Positions 10,220 to 19,114 of a DNA stretch of 64,000 nt are shown one piece after another. A program made the position numbers and the translations under genes. The notes beneath the pieces were generated by a model. It saw only the letters and a list, made by a program, of their open reading frames with translations. It was not told the origin of the DNA and ran no database searches. The stretch's first letter is position 1; every line of letters begins with the position of its first letter. The stretch lies in sequence record LC667451.1; one strand, 5' to 3'.

Positions 10220-10759
10220 TCACACACTCATCTGGACGTACACTAAACCAGTCAAATGCGTGTTCACGATTACCTCACTCAGGGGAATATCCTGACCGGG
10301 CAATCGGACCTGAAACTCGTAAGTAGAGTCGGTCCAAGCGAGGGAAATGTCTCCCAGTGCATGCAGCACATAGGTGTCCTGTTCCTCGCTATAGGTCACA
10401 TCTTCCACCTCTTCTGGGACCAGGTCGAGTCCCAACGCCGCGTTAATCGCTGCGAGTGATCCGTGAATCGAGAACGGCAACGAATCGATCACAACCTGCT
10501 TGACAAACCCAACGGGCAGCAGTCCTAACACACTCAACGGAAGTCGAGTGTAATGGATGTCCTCTGCCTGGGTGTAATGCGTACCTGATACAGGGGCAAT
10601 GCTCACCACGGAATTTCGGCCCTGATCATCCGTGTAATCCCTGGGTAGGCCATACATGAAATCAACGCCTTCCTGTACAGGGGTATCAGGATTTTTTTCG
10701 TTGATCAAGGCCGTCAAGCGATCGTTACTCAATCCACCGTAAGGCTTAGGAAGTGCCAT
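10220..10759 (-). CDS. Tail-fibre family, N-module-only virion protein
   Basis: 179 aa. LINEKN...YTRLPL...SLAWT...LTGLVY. Confidence 0.75.
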   Translation of the reverse strand: MALPKPYGGLSNDRLTALINEKNPDTPVQEGVDFMYGLPRDYTDDQGRNSVVSIAPVSGTHYTQAEDIHYTRLPLSVLGLLPVGFVKQVVIDSLPFSIHGSLAAINAALGLDLVPEEVEDVTYSEEQDTYVLHALGDISLAWTDSTYEFQVRLPGQDIPLSEVIVNTHLTGLVYVQMSV

Positions 10760-10813
10760 GGTGCGTGTCCAGTGGGTGAATAATTAATCATAGAATTGGC
10801 GTAAAAAGTTACG

Positions 10814-10843
10814 GCATAGGGGAGGAGCCGAAGCCCCTCCCTC
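10814..10843 (-). terminator. Hairpin with TATG and T-run (minus)
   Basis: gcatag-gggaggagc-cgaa-gcccctccc. On the minus strand it is followed by ctatgccgtaacttttt. Confidence 0.65.
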
Positions 10844-10845
10844 TG

Positions 10846-11118
10846 TCAATTCGCTAGGGTGCGATACCCTTGATAACCGCGATCACGATCGAAGCAGTGA
10901 AAAGACGGACAGTATTCGATCACACCACCTCGACGCAAGTCATCTTTCAACAACTTGGCAAAGTCCTCTATCGAGACCAGTGGTGCCGGTTTCGGTAGAT
11001 AAGGTAGGATGAACGAAATAGTTCCTGCAGTCGCAGCAACCAGTACGTAGGCAATTGTTGCCAACACTAATGCGCGGCCCAGCTTCTGCCGCCACCCTTC
11101 CGTACCAGCTGTAGTCAT
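10846..11118 (-). CDS. Small membrane-anchored hypothetical protein (90 aa)
   Basis: ATG 11118 follows SD-like aagggga just after the stop of the gp101-like gene. One hydrophobic helix (ALVLATIAYVLVAATAGTISFIL). The track's upstream extension overlaps the previous gene and is unlikely. Confidence 0.6.
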   Translation of the reverse strand: MTTAGTEGWRQKLGRALVLATIAYVLVAATAGTISFILPYLPKPAPLVSIEDFAKLLKDDLRRGGVIEYCPSFHCFDRDRGYQGYRTLAN

Positions 11119-11128
11119 GGCTTTCCCC

Positions 11129-12511
11129 TTAACTTGATGAGCTCGTTGCGCTCTGGCTTTGCCCCTGGAGTTGACTTTTTGTGAAGATGGACAGCGCAGT
11201 ACGCGTAATGTGGCGCGCCACGGTAAGGCCCGGTGCGGCCATTTGCACCGTGTCATGCTTTTTCAAGATGACACCCTGTTTCTGCTGGATGGTGTCATCC
11301 GACAGATACAGAATACTGCACAACATCCCCGGCACAATGAGTGAGGGTTCGGAGTGTTCCCACACCAAGCCCATCAGCCCACCGTTACGGGCAGCCAATG
11401 CCGAATACTCCAAGTATGGATTGCCGGTCAACCGATTTGGAGAAATGGGCACGTTGTTCAAACCATTCGGTCGGGGCACGGACACGAATTCACTATTGGA
11501 CGCTCCACGCGCCGCGAGTGTCTTGTTGTTCTTCGTGGTCGTGAAGCCTTCCATGATCTTGGACGCGTCAGCAAAGCGCAGACCGTTACCGAACGTCAAC
11601 TGCTTACTGTCGGAACTGTCTTTGGTCTTCACTTGTCCGGTAGCGAGAATCACCAGGTTCGAACCCGACACCCGGTAGGTTCGATCCAGATTCGGATACT
11701 TCGATTCTGGAATGACGATAATCGTACAGGTCGACGCAGCGTCGTTATAACGCGTCGGATCGTAACAGGGGTAGATGTGCCAGATCCCGTCTTGCAGATA
11801 GTAGCCCATCCCTGCCCCATACACACCCCCGCACTTCTCGTGGATGTACTTGGGTACCCCAATCAACTTCATCGGTGGAATGACGATGTGATCGCGCACC
11901 GTCTTGTTATCTGCGTCCACCATCTGCACGCCTTGCACGGCCTGTTGATTGTTGATGATGATGTCGGATGACTGCTGCGTGAGAATGCCTTTGATGGCAT
12001 CTTCCACTGTCATTGCTCGCAGGATATTTCCGTAGCTCTTCATGCGCACCTGCTCAAGCGCCTTGTCGACCAACTGGAAATCCACTTCCATCAACGACAT
12101 GCGATCCATGTCGTCTTCCGAGACCACATTGCGACCGTTACCCGCAATGGTCAGATCACCTTTGTCGACCAGATGCGCGGTGAAGCGCTCTTGCTGCAAC
12201 GTCTTGCTGGTGTCATCGTTATCGCCCGTCTCCATCAACGGCTGCTTGATGATGGTGATGTCGATATTGGTCTGGTTCGGATAAATCTGGTAAGCGTACT
12301 TACCGGCTGGGACCAGCAAGCGCACCATGATCTCGTCGCTGTAGTTCGACTCGTAGTCGCCATTGACGTCGTACTGCACGAGCTTCAGCGGGCTGAGATC
12401 CACGTTCAGGTCGTTCAGGTGGATAATCGCGGAGTACGCGAAGTGCACCGGATTGGGACTGGCAGTGACGGCCAGCACTTCCTGATACAGTCCGGATTGT
12501 TCGAGTTCCAT
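11129..12511 (-). CDS. Virion structural protein, phiKZ gp101-like (putative baseplate hub)
   Basis: 460 aa. Its size and position at the end of the gp84-gp101-like block fit gp101 (synteny recall). Confidence 0.65.
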   Translation of the reverse strand: MELEQSGLYQEVLAVTASPNPVHFAYSAIIHLNDLNVDLSPLKLVQYDVNGDYESNYSDEIMVRLLVPAGKYAYQIYPNQTNIDITIIKQPLMETGDNDDTSKTLQQERFTAHLVDKGDLTIAGNGRNVVSEDDMDRMSLMEVDFQLVDKALEQVRMKSYGNILRAMTVEDAIKGILTQQSSDIIINNQQAVQGVQMVDADNKTVRDHIVIPPMKLIGVPKYIHEKCGGVYGAGMGYYLQDGIWHIYPCYDPTRYNDAASTCTIIVIPESKYPNLDRTYRVSGSNLVILATGQVKTKDSSDSKQLTFGNGLRFADASKIMEGFTTTKNNKTLAARGASNSEFVSVPRPNGLNNVPISPNRLTGNPYLEYSALAARNGGLMGLVWEHSEPSLIVPGMLCSILYLSDDTIQQKQGVILKKHDTVQMAAPGLTVARHITRTALSIFTKSQLQGQSQSATSSSS

Positions 12512-12520
12512 ACGTCCTCC

Positions 12521-13258
12521 TTACTTCCACTTGGCTGCAAAGCCCGGAATCGATTGCTTGCTGCCACCTGGATTCAGGCTCTGCTTATCCGGCGCGCTCG
12601 TCGGACTCAGACCCATCTGGCCCGGCGTCTGATTACCGGGCTTGGCCAAGAGCCCGCGGTTCAGTGACCCGGACTGCAGGCGCTGGGCGAATACGCTACC
12701 CATGCCTTCGCGATCCGGATACTGTTCGAGCAGCTTCTCTTCGTCGGTGCGAGTATCGAGCGCCGGTGCCACTTGCTTCGGCTGAAACAGCTGGCTTCGG
12801 CTGACCTTCAGCACGCTACCCAGACGTCGATGCAGCACGTCCTCCACGAACTCCTTGGTGAACTGGTACTTGGCATGGGCATAGACCACATTGGCGAATT
12901 CATCCAGATCCACCAGGTCTTGCAGCGGTGCGTCGCCCACATTCAGGCTATGCTCCAGATGCTTCTTCCAGCCATTCAGATGGTCGCTGATGTACTGATA
13001 GATCAGTTGCGTGTCATTACGATTCTTCACGTAGACATGCACGCCACTCTTCCAGTATTCCACCATCCGCTCGATGGTGATCATCCGGTCCACCAGTTCA
13101 TTGGCCGTCTGCTGATCGCGTTCCGGGTCCCCACTCATCGGGGTGCCGAAATGCTTGATGTGCTCCACCGAACGAGATTGGTTAAACGGAATCCGACACC
13201 AGAACAGCTTTTCAAAGATGTAGTAGTCGGTCGACAGTTGCTCTTGAACCGCGGGCAT
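12521..13258 (-). CDS. Conserved phage protein, gp100-like
   Basis: 245 aa, in operon, synteny. Confidence 0.55.
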   Translation of the reverse strand: MPAVQEQLSTDYYIFEKLFWCRIPFNQSRSVEHIKHFGTPMSGDPERDQQTANELVDRMITIERMVEYWKSGVHVYVKNRNDTQLIYQYISDHLNGWKKHLEHSLNVGDAPLQDLVDLDEFANVVYAHAKYQFTKEFVEDVLHRRLGSVLKVSRSQLFQPKQVAPALDTRTDEEKLLEQYPDREGMGSVFAQRLQSGSLNRGLLAKPGNQTPGQMGLSPTSAPDKQSLNPGGSKQSIPGFAAKWK

Positions 13259-13270
13259 GATAGTTCTCGC

Positions 13271-14641
13271 TTATATCGCCCGAACGACTGAGTTAATCAG
13301 CACCAGCACAATCGGCAGGTAGTAGAAGCGCTCGAGACCGCCCCAGGCATGGTAGGTATCGCACAGACGCAACAGCGCCTTGCGATTGACTGCCTTACCT
13401 TCGATGTAGTCCCGTGTGAGCAACTCCAGCTGACTCTGGCCATTCGGGTAGTTGTTGTAAAAGGCTTCGGAGAAGACGTAGTAGTCGTCGCAGAGCACCG
13501 GATTAATCAACGGGGCTTTGCTAAACGTGCTCAGGCCTTCTTCGACACTCGGATCAATCAAATCTTGCAGCGTGCCCTTACGGGACGGCACCGGTGTCAA
13601 CGCGATCGTGCCGTCGGCTGTCTTCACAGCAGGCAGGTGAGCGAAATCCACCGTGAGTTCCGGATCGATCGGATAGACCACGCGACGAATACCTGAGTAG
13701 TGAATCCCTTCAAGCATCGCGTTGCGGGTGAACAGATTCGCCGGAACCAACCCAGCACGCTTGTTCACGAACTTCATCAGGTGGTCGTCACGATTGGCAA
13801 TCGCATCCCAGATGGTGATCGACTTCATCACGTCATCATCGTCACAATTGAGAATGCGGTTCTCACGCACCAGGTACGTATCGAAAGTCGTGAAGAACTT
13901 CGACACGGCCTTCATGACGAAGTGGTCGTAGGTCGGCTCGGGTTGACCCGGCAAGACCAGCGTCTTGTACTCGTTCGATGAGAACATTCTGAAGTACATC
14001 GACACCATCTCGCCGTAGCGTTGGCCGAGCTCATTCATGTCGTGCCAGTCCGCTTCTTGAATCAGCGGGTTCTGGCCATGAATCAGGAAGTCACGCAGGA
14101 AGTACAGATTCTGCACCGTCTTGCTGACGAGGTCGCTCATGCGCTCCCGTGTCGCTTCGTCGATCAGAATGTACTCAACATAGTAACAGGTGTCTTTGTA
14201 AATCGAGCGCTCTTCCGAGTGCGTCACCTGAAACACGCCTGCCCGACCATCGAGCATCGTCGCCACGAACATGTCACCATTGTTCGGGATCACGAACGGA
14301 TACATGTTCGCGTTACCGGTGACCAGCATGGTCTTTTGGGCGTCGTCTTGCGTGGCCTTCAGATCTTGCGTAACCTTCAGTTCGAGGTTCTGGATGCGCC
14401 GGTACTGCTGGTAGACGCCTTCCTTATCCAGCGACTGACCAGTGAGTGCGTTGTCCTCATCGATCACCTGCGAGAACCAATCCACCGTCCAACTCATGCC
14501 CTCGATATTGGTCAAGAGCGATTGTTGCGGGATCAGTTTCGTGTCGACCACCACCCCACGGTACGCAGGCTTGGAGATCTGGATGGTTGCCGGTTTCGGA
14601 GTCTCGATCGGCGAACCCTGTACTTCATTGAAAACAGGCAT
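13271..14641 (-). CDS. Virion structural protein, gp99-like
   Basis: 456 aa with PFVIPNNGDMF/DGRAGVF motifs, synteny. Confidence 0.6.
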   Translation of the reverse strand: MPVFNEVQGSPIETPKPATIQISKPAYRGVVVDTKLIPQQSLLTNIEGMSWTVDWFSQVIDEDNALTGQSLDKEGVYQQYRRIQNLELKVTQDLKATQDDAQKTMLVTGNANMYPFVIPNNGDMFVATMLDGRAGVFQVTHSEERSIYKDTCYYVEYILIDEATRERMSDLVSKTVQNLYFLRDFLIHGQNPLIQEADWHDMNELGQRYGEMVSMYFRMFSSNEYKTLVLPGQPEPTYDHFVMKAVSKFFTTFDTYLVRENRILNCDDDDVMKSITIWDAIANRDDHLMKFVNKRAGLVPANLFTRNAMLEGIHYSGIRRVVYPIDPELTVDFAHLPAVKTADGTIALTPVPSRKGTLQDLIDPSVEEGLSTFSKAPLINPVLCDDYYVFSEAFYNNYPNGQSQLELLTRDYIEGKAVNRKALLRLCDTYHAWGGLERFYYLPIVLVLINSVVRAI

Positions 14642-14650
14642 AATCCTTCC

Positions 14651-16282
14651 TTAACAAGAGCAAGGGTCACTGCCATCAGCAGGCACCAGACCCGGCGGAT
14701 AGTTCGTCACCTGATTCGGCACATTTGCCTTCGCGTTGTTCGCTTGCACAAAGAGTGTCTGTACGGTGTAGCCTACAGGCGAGCCAGACGTAGCGGACTT
14801 CACGCCATTGATCGCATCGATCGCCTTGTTCAGACACTCACGCGACACCATGGTGTCGTTGACAATGCACGGCAACAGATCACGATCCTTAAGCGTCGGG
14901 TCCAGGGCGTCGAGCAATTTGATCAGACACTGTGCACACTGTCGCAATCGGTCCAACGCCTCGATCGGCAAGAGCCGCAGGTTCTTCACCAGACTGATAC
15001 GGACGTGATAAGTCTGACGCAGGTCCATGTCGAACGTGGTCGTCACATTCAGATTCGCATCGACCTTGATCTTATCCGGCGTTTGCAGCTTATTACCACG
15101 ATAGAGGCTCACGTGGAAGATCGACTGCATCGGCGTTGTCATGTACGGCCATTCCCGCTCCAGGCAACAGCGCATGTCCGGGTCCAGCAACAGATCGCCC
15201 CCGAGGTTATCCCCCAGGTTAAACAAGGCGCGCGGATTCGCCGGATCGATCTGGATCAGCAGCGACACCAGTCGGAGGGTATCTGGCACCACGCTACTGG
15301 GAATGAACTCGTCGTAGCTCGGCACCTGATAACCCTGGCGGCGCTGCAGATAGTACATCGGACCACCAGTCTCGAAATACGCAAACATCCTGGCCGATAG
15401 CGCATACTTACGCAAGGACTGTTCGATCTGATAGGCGGGTTGATCGGGTGGCTCAGCGTGGTACTTGATCATCTGGTTGTGGATCACCAGCGGATAGAAC
15501 ATCGCACACGCATTGGGCTTATCGTACTTGAACTTGTACGAGAAACTAATGGTCCAGGTCGAACCATCGTCTTCCTTGCTACCTTCTTCAGGCACCCCTT
15601 CCCAGTCAAACCAACCGAGCACACGAATCTGCGACTCGGCAATCCCCCAGCGACCGTTGTTACCCGCCTGGTTCGTCAAGAATCGTGCACGACTTGACAT
15701 GTGCTGTTTGAAGTACGTGTCGAAGTCCTGACCATAGCCTGCCACGTTTTCACGCAGCCGGTGGATCTCACGCATGATCACGAAGAACTCTTCGGGAATC
15801 AGGTAGTGGTAGTTGATCTGGTGAATGAACTGTTCACGGTTCATCGCCGTGCGGTTCTTGACGTCATCACGCCAGCGAATCGCCTGTTGCTTACTGCGTG
15901 CCCGATACTTGAAGTTCATCGTCACATCGCACGAGCCATAGGCCGGTTTGATGATGGCGCCCAAATGGGGGTCATGCCAGATTGACGGGTTCTCGGGACG
16001 GAAGATCGCGGTCGACAAAATGCGCTCTTCCTGATACTGTTCGGTGACTTCGAGCGTCACCTGAGACGTAAACGGTAATTTGGTGGCTTCCGGAGTGCTC
16101 GTCGTGATTGACGAGCCGTTCTGCTGTCCCTTTTCGATGTCACCGGGATAGAAGATACGAATGTCCTTGGGCAACCCCGTACGCTGCATGATGTTCCGCG
16201 CAATGTCAAAAACCACCGGTCGCGTCACATTCTCGTAGGTCTCATGCAGATCGACCAATACTTTTGGCATCGGGAGCCTCAC
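14651..16282 (-). CDS. Virion structural protein, gp98-like
   Basis: 543 aa, synteny. Confidence 0.6.
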   Translation of the reverse strand: MRLPMPKVLVDLHETYENVTRPVVFDIARNIMQRTGLPKDIRIFYPGDIEKGQQNGSSITTSTPEATKLPFTSQVTLEVTEQYQEERILSTAIFRPENPSIWHDPHLGAIIKPAYGSCDVTMNFKYRARSKQQAIRWRDDVKNRTAMNREQFIHQINYHYLIPEEFFVIMREIHRLRENVAGYGQDFDTYFKQHMSSRARFLTNQAGNNGRWGIAESQIRVLGWFDWEGVPEEGSKEDDGSTWTISFSYKFKYDKPNACAMFYPLVIHNQMIKYHAEPPDQPAYQIEQSLRKYALSARMFAYFETGGPMYYLQRRQGYQVPSYDEFIPSSVVPDTLRLVSLLIQIDPANPRALFNLGDNLGGDLLLDPDMRCCLEREWPYMTTPMQSIFHVSLYRGNKLQTPDKIKVDANLNVTTTFDMDLRQTYHVRISLVKNLRLLPIEALDRLRQCAQCLIKLLDALDPTLKDRDLLPCIVNDTMVSRECLNKAIDAINGVKSATSGSPVGYTVQTLFVQANNAKANVPNQVTNYPPGLVPADGSDPCSC

Positions 16283-16312
16283 TGAATTTTCATCATAGGA
16301 TCGGCCTCAAGG

Positions 16313-16341
16313 GCATAGGAGGGAACCCGAAGGTTCCCTCC
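16313..16341 (-). terminator. Hairpin with adjacent TATG
   Basis: gcata-ggagggaacc-cgaa-ggttccctcc. Confidence 0.65.
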
Positions 16342-16348
16342 CGAGGCG

Positions 16349-17716
16349 TTATGCTGCCTGCTTGCCTTGCTGCATTTCCTGCATGATCTTCTGTTCTTCG
16401 CCCTTGTCCTTCACTTCGTAGAGACCCACGTAGTTCTGGACCAGCATCAGAAGCGCACGCACGACGCCGATCACCTTCGTGTAGAAAGCGACCGCCGGTT
16501 GCTGCACCCAACGCGCGTACGTCGGGTTGAAGTTCAGCATCATCTTGATCTCGGCGATGAGCGCCGGACTTGCTTCAGCTGCTTCCTTCGAGAGTGCCTT
16601 CAGCGCTTCTTCCGAGGAGACCTCGATCTCCTTGCCAGCCTGACGCAACTTCTTCATTGCGCCGCCCGACTTGTTGAATCGAGCCACGGTCTGAATCATG
16701 TCCGAGGCATCCTTCAGGAGCTTCTCGTACACGGCCGGACCGTTGTGCTTGAAGGTGATCTCGTCGTCCTTCGGATCGTCACCGGCTTCCACCGACAGAC
16801 CCGTGTTACGCAGCCGCTCGAGCGCGAGCAGCGGTTCCGGAGCCGCGCCGTCGAAAGTGGCGAACTTGAAGTACGTGCAGCCGAGGATCTCATGGCTGGA
16901 GCGCACCTTGAAGTCGCCTTCATTCGCTGAGAACGGCATCGGGAACGGCAGACCCGTGGCGTTGTTCGAGCTCTTGATGACGGACACGAGACGGTTCATG
17001 GTCTCGTCGGTGTTCTCACCCGTCCAGTTGTCGATCGTATCGGCGATGTCCTTGCCGAGCTTCGAAACGCGCTCCGGATTGGCCACGTACACCATCTCGA
17101 CGGCCTTGTTGAACTTCTCGAACTCCTGGGCGAACTCCGCAGCACTACGCTGAATACGCAGACCATTGGACAGATACGACAGGCCCGTGGTCAGTTCCAT
17201 CTGGGCAGTCTGGCCGTAGCGCAGCTCACCCGTCCGGTTCTTCAGCTGACGCAACATCAGTTGCAGACGTGCGTAGATCGAGGGCAGCACGACGTGAACT
17301 TTCAGGAAGTTCTCGATGTGATCCCAGATCTTCTTCATGAAGGCCTTGATGGTCGCCCACAGCCGCTGCGCCGAATCCGTCCAGCCTTCCGTAGCGATCT
17401 CCTGACCCACTGCCAAGGGCGGACCCTTAAGCAGGTTCTCCGGCGCCATGCCCGTACCAGCCACGGCCATCTGCGCGCAGTTGTCGATCAGGTCGAGCTC
17501 CATCGACGTCGGCTGCTCGATGTTATCGGCGATGACCGCCAGGTCCTCCAGGGCTTGCTTCAGGTCGACCAGACGTTCGACTTCGGAGAGACGATCGTCA
17601 CAGGCCTGAGCCTCTTCGTTCGCGTCCCCGACAATGATCAATTCTTCTTCCAGCGACACACGCTTGATCGAGCGTGCGTCCTCCGACGGGGGCGTCGGAG
17701 CAAAATGTTTACGCAT
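16349..17716 (-). CDS. Internal head protein (gp93-97-like family)
   Basis: 455 aa. Acidic propeptide with SLE and ATE processing motifs, then a W..IKAFMKKIW helix. Paralog of the next two genes. Confidence 0.75.
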   Translation of the reverse strand: MRKHFAPTPPSEDARSIKRVSLEEELIIVGDANEEAQACDDRLSEVERLVDLKQALEDLAVIADNIEQPTSMELDLIDNCAQMAVAGTGMAPENLLKGPPLAVGQEIATEGWTDSAQRLWATIKAFMKKIWDHIENFLKVHVVLPSIYARLQLMLRQLKNRTGELRYGQTAQMELTTGLSYLSNGLRIQRSAAEFAQEFEKFNKAVEMVYVANPERVSKLGKDIADTIDNWTGENTDETMNRLVSVIKSSNNATGLPFPMPFSANEGDFKVRSSHEILGCTYFKFATFDGAAPEPLLALERLRNTGLSVEAGDDPKDDEITFKHNGPAVYEKLLKDASDMIQTVARFNKSGGAMKKLRQAGKEIEVSSEEALKALSKEAAEASPALIAEIKMMLNFNPTYARWVQQPAVAFYTKVIGVVRALLMLVQNYVGLYEVKDKGEEQKIMQEMQQGKQAA

Positions 17717-17725
17717 GGCTTGTCC

Positions 17726-19033
17726 TTAACCCTGGAGACCGAACTGGACCAGCATCAGCGAAAAGCGGCAGGTCTTCACGATGTTCGCATAGAACGGCAT
17801 CGCGGGATTCTGCGCCCAACGCGCGAACGTGGTATTGAAGTTGACGGCGGCCTTGAAGTCGCGCATCTCTTCGCCGGACTCGTCGACCGTCTTTGCATCG
17901 AACGCAGCCGCGGCCTTCTGGGCAGCAGCCTTCAAACGATCGGCGACGCCCTTCAGTGCGGTCACGTGTTGCGTGTGGTAATTCTCGATGACAGCCAGCA
18001 GCGAATCGGCCGCGCCCAGCACCTGCATCGCACCCGGACCCTTCGGATACTCGAAGCTACCCATCTGCGCCGCGTACACGCTTGGGCTGTCTTCGCCCTT
18101 TTCCAGCGTCACGCCGGAGTTGCGAATCAAATCCAGTGCCGCGTACGGATGGATGCCCTGTGAAGGACGATAGATCTTCGCCTGCAGCTTCCCGCCGCCG
18201 ATAAAGGCAGCGCTCGAATACAGATCGTATTCGCCATCCTTGCCTTCGTGCGTCGCATGCGGCAAAGACTCGAAGTGAATCGCGCCCAGCTGCTTGACCA
18301 TGGCCTGCACGGTCTGATCCGACGTTTCCGGCTGGAATGACGCCAGTGATTTCTCGACCGCTTCGCCAGCCCCCTGCACCATCTTCGGCAGGTCTTCGAA
18401 AATGAAGCGGGCCGTTTCTGCGGTCTGCTTCATGGCCGACACCATCTCGCCCGTGCGGCGCAGCAGCTTGCCGTTGAAGTTGAACCAGGAAACGAATTCC
18501 TCCACCGAACTGGCCTGATGGATGACACCCGTGCGGCCCGACTTCATCATTTCCTGCATGCGCTTGATCTTGCCGCGCAGATCCTTCACCACCACGTTCA
18601 TGCGGTAGAAGGCGACGATCTTTTCCCAGATGCGGGCGAGGAACTCGAGCAGGTTCTTCATCAGCATCTTGGCCTTTTGACCGATGCTTTCGAAGGCGAT
18701 CGCCCCACCTTCCTGGAACGACTCCATGGCAGGCAGGAGCAGTTCCGGTTCGTTGGTTGTGCCTGCCACACCCATCTGACCCGAAGTCTGGATGAGTGCG
18801 ATTTCCGAGGGCGATGCCTGACGGATGTTCTTGGCCAGTGAAGCCAGATCTTCCAAGGCGTCCGACACTTCCGTCAGTCGGTTCGCTTCATCCAGACCCG
18901 AGGCTACTGCCGAGGAATCACGGAAGGCCTGATCGAGCACCAAGGCTTCTTCTTCGAGGGACAGGCTACGGTGTGCGGGCGCCATCTTCGGCACTTGCAC
19001 CACGCGTACCGTCGATGCGAATGTTTTACGCAT
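17726..19033 (-). CDS. Internal head protein (gp93-97-like family)
   Basis: 435 aa. SLEEE, AMES and AFES motifs. Shares FN..(F/Y)ARW.Q.PA..FY with 16349..17716. Confidence 0.75.
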   Translation of the reverse strand: MRKTFASTVRVVQVPKMAPAHRSLSLEEEALVLDQAFRDSSAVASGLDEANRLTEVSDALEDLASLAKNIRQASPSEIALIQTSGQMGVAGTTNEPELLLPAMESFQEGGAIAFESIGQKAKMLMKNLLEFLARIWEKIVAFYRMNVVVKDLRGKIKRMQEMMKSGRTGVIHQASSVEEFVSWFNFNGKLLRRTGEMVSAMKQTAETARFIFEDLPKMVQGAGEAVEKSLASFQPETSDQTVQAMVKQLGAIHFESLPHATHEGKDGEYDLYSSAAFIGGGKLQAKIYRPSQGIHPYAALDLIRNSGVTLEKGEDSPSVYAAQMGSFEYPKGPGAMQVLGAADSLLAVIENYHTQHVTALKGVADRLKAAAQKAAAAFDAKTVDESGEEMRDFKAAVNFNTTFARWAQNPAMPFYANIVKTCRFSLMLVQFGLQG

Positions 19034-19114
19034 GTTCTTTACCCTAAGTTAGCAGTAATAAGCCCCTCCCAGAGCCCTAGGACTCCAGGAGGGGAGCTTA
19101 TCACACGCGTGACG

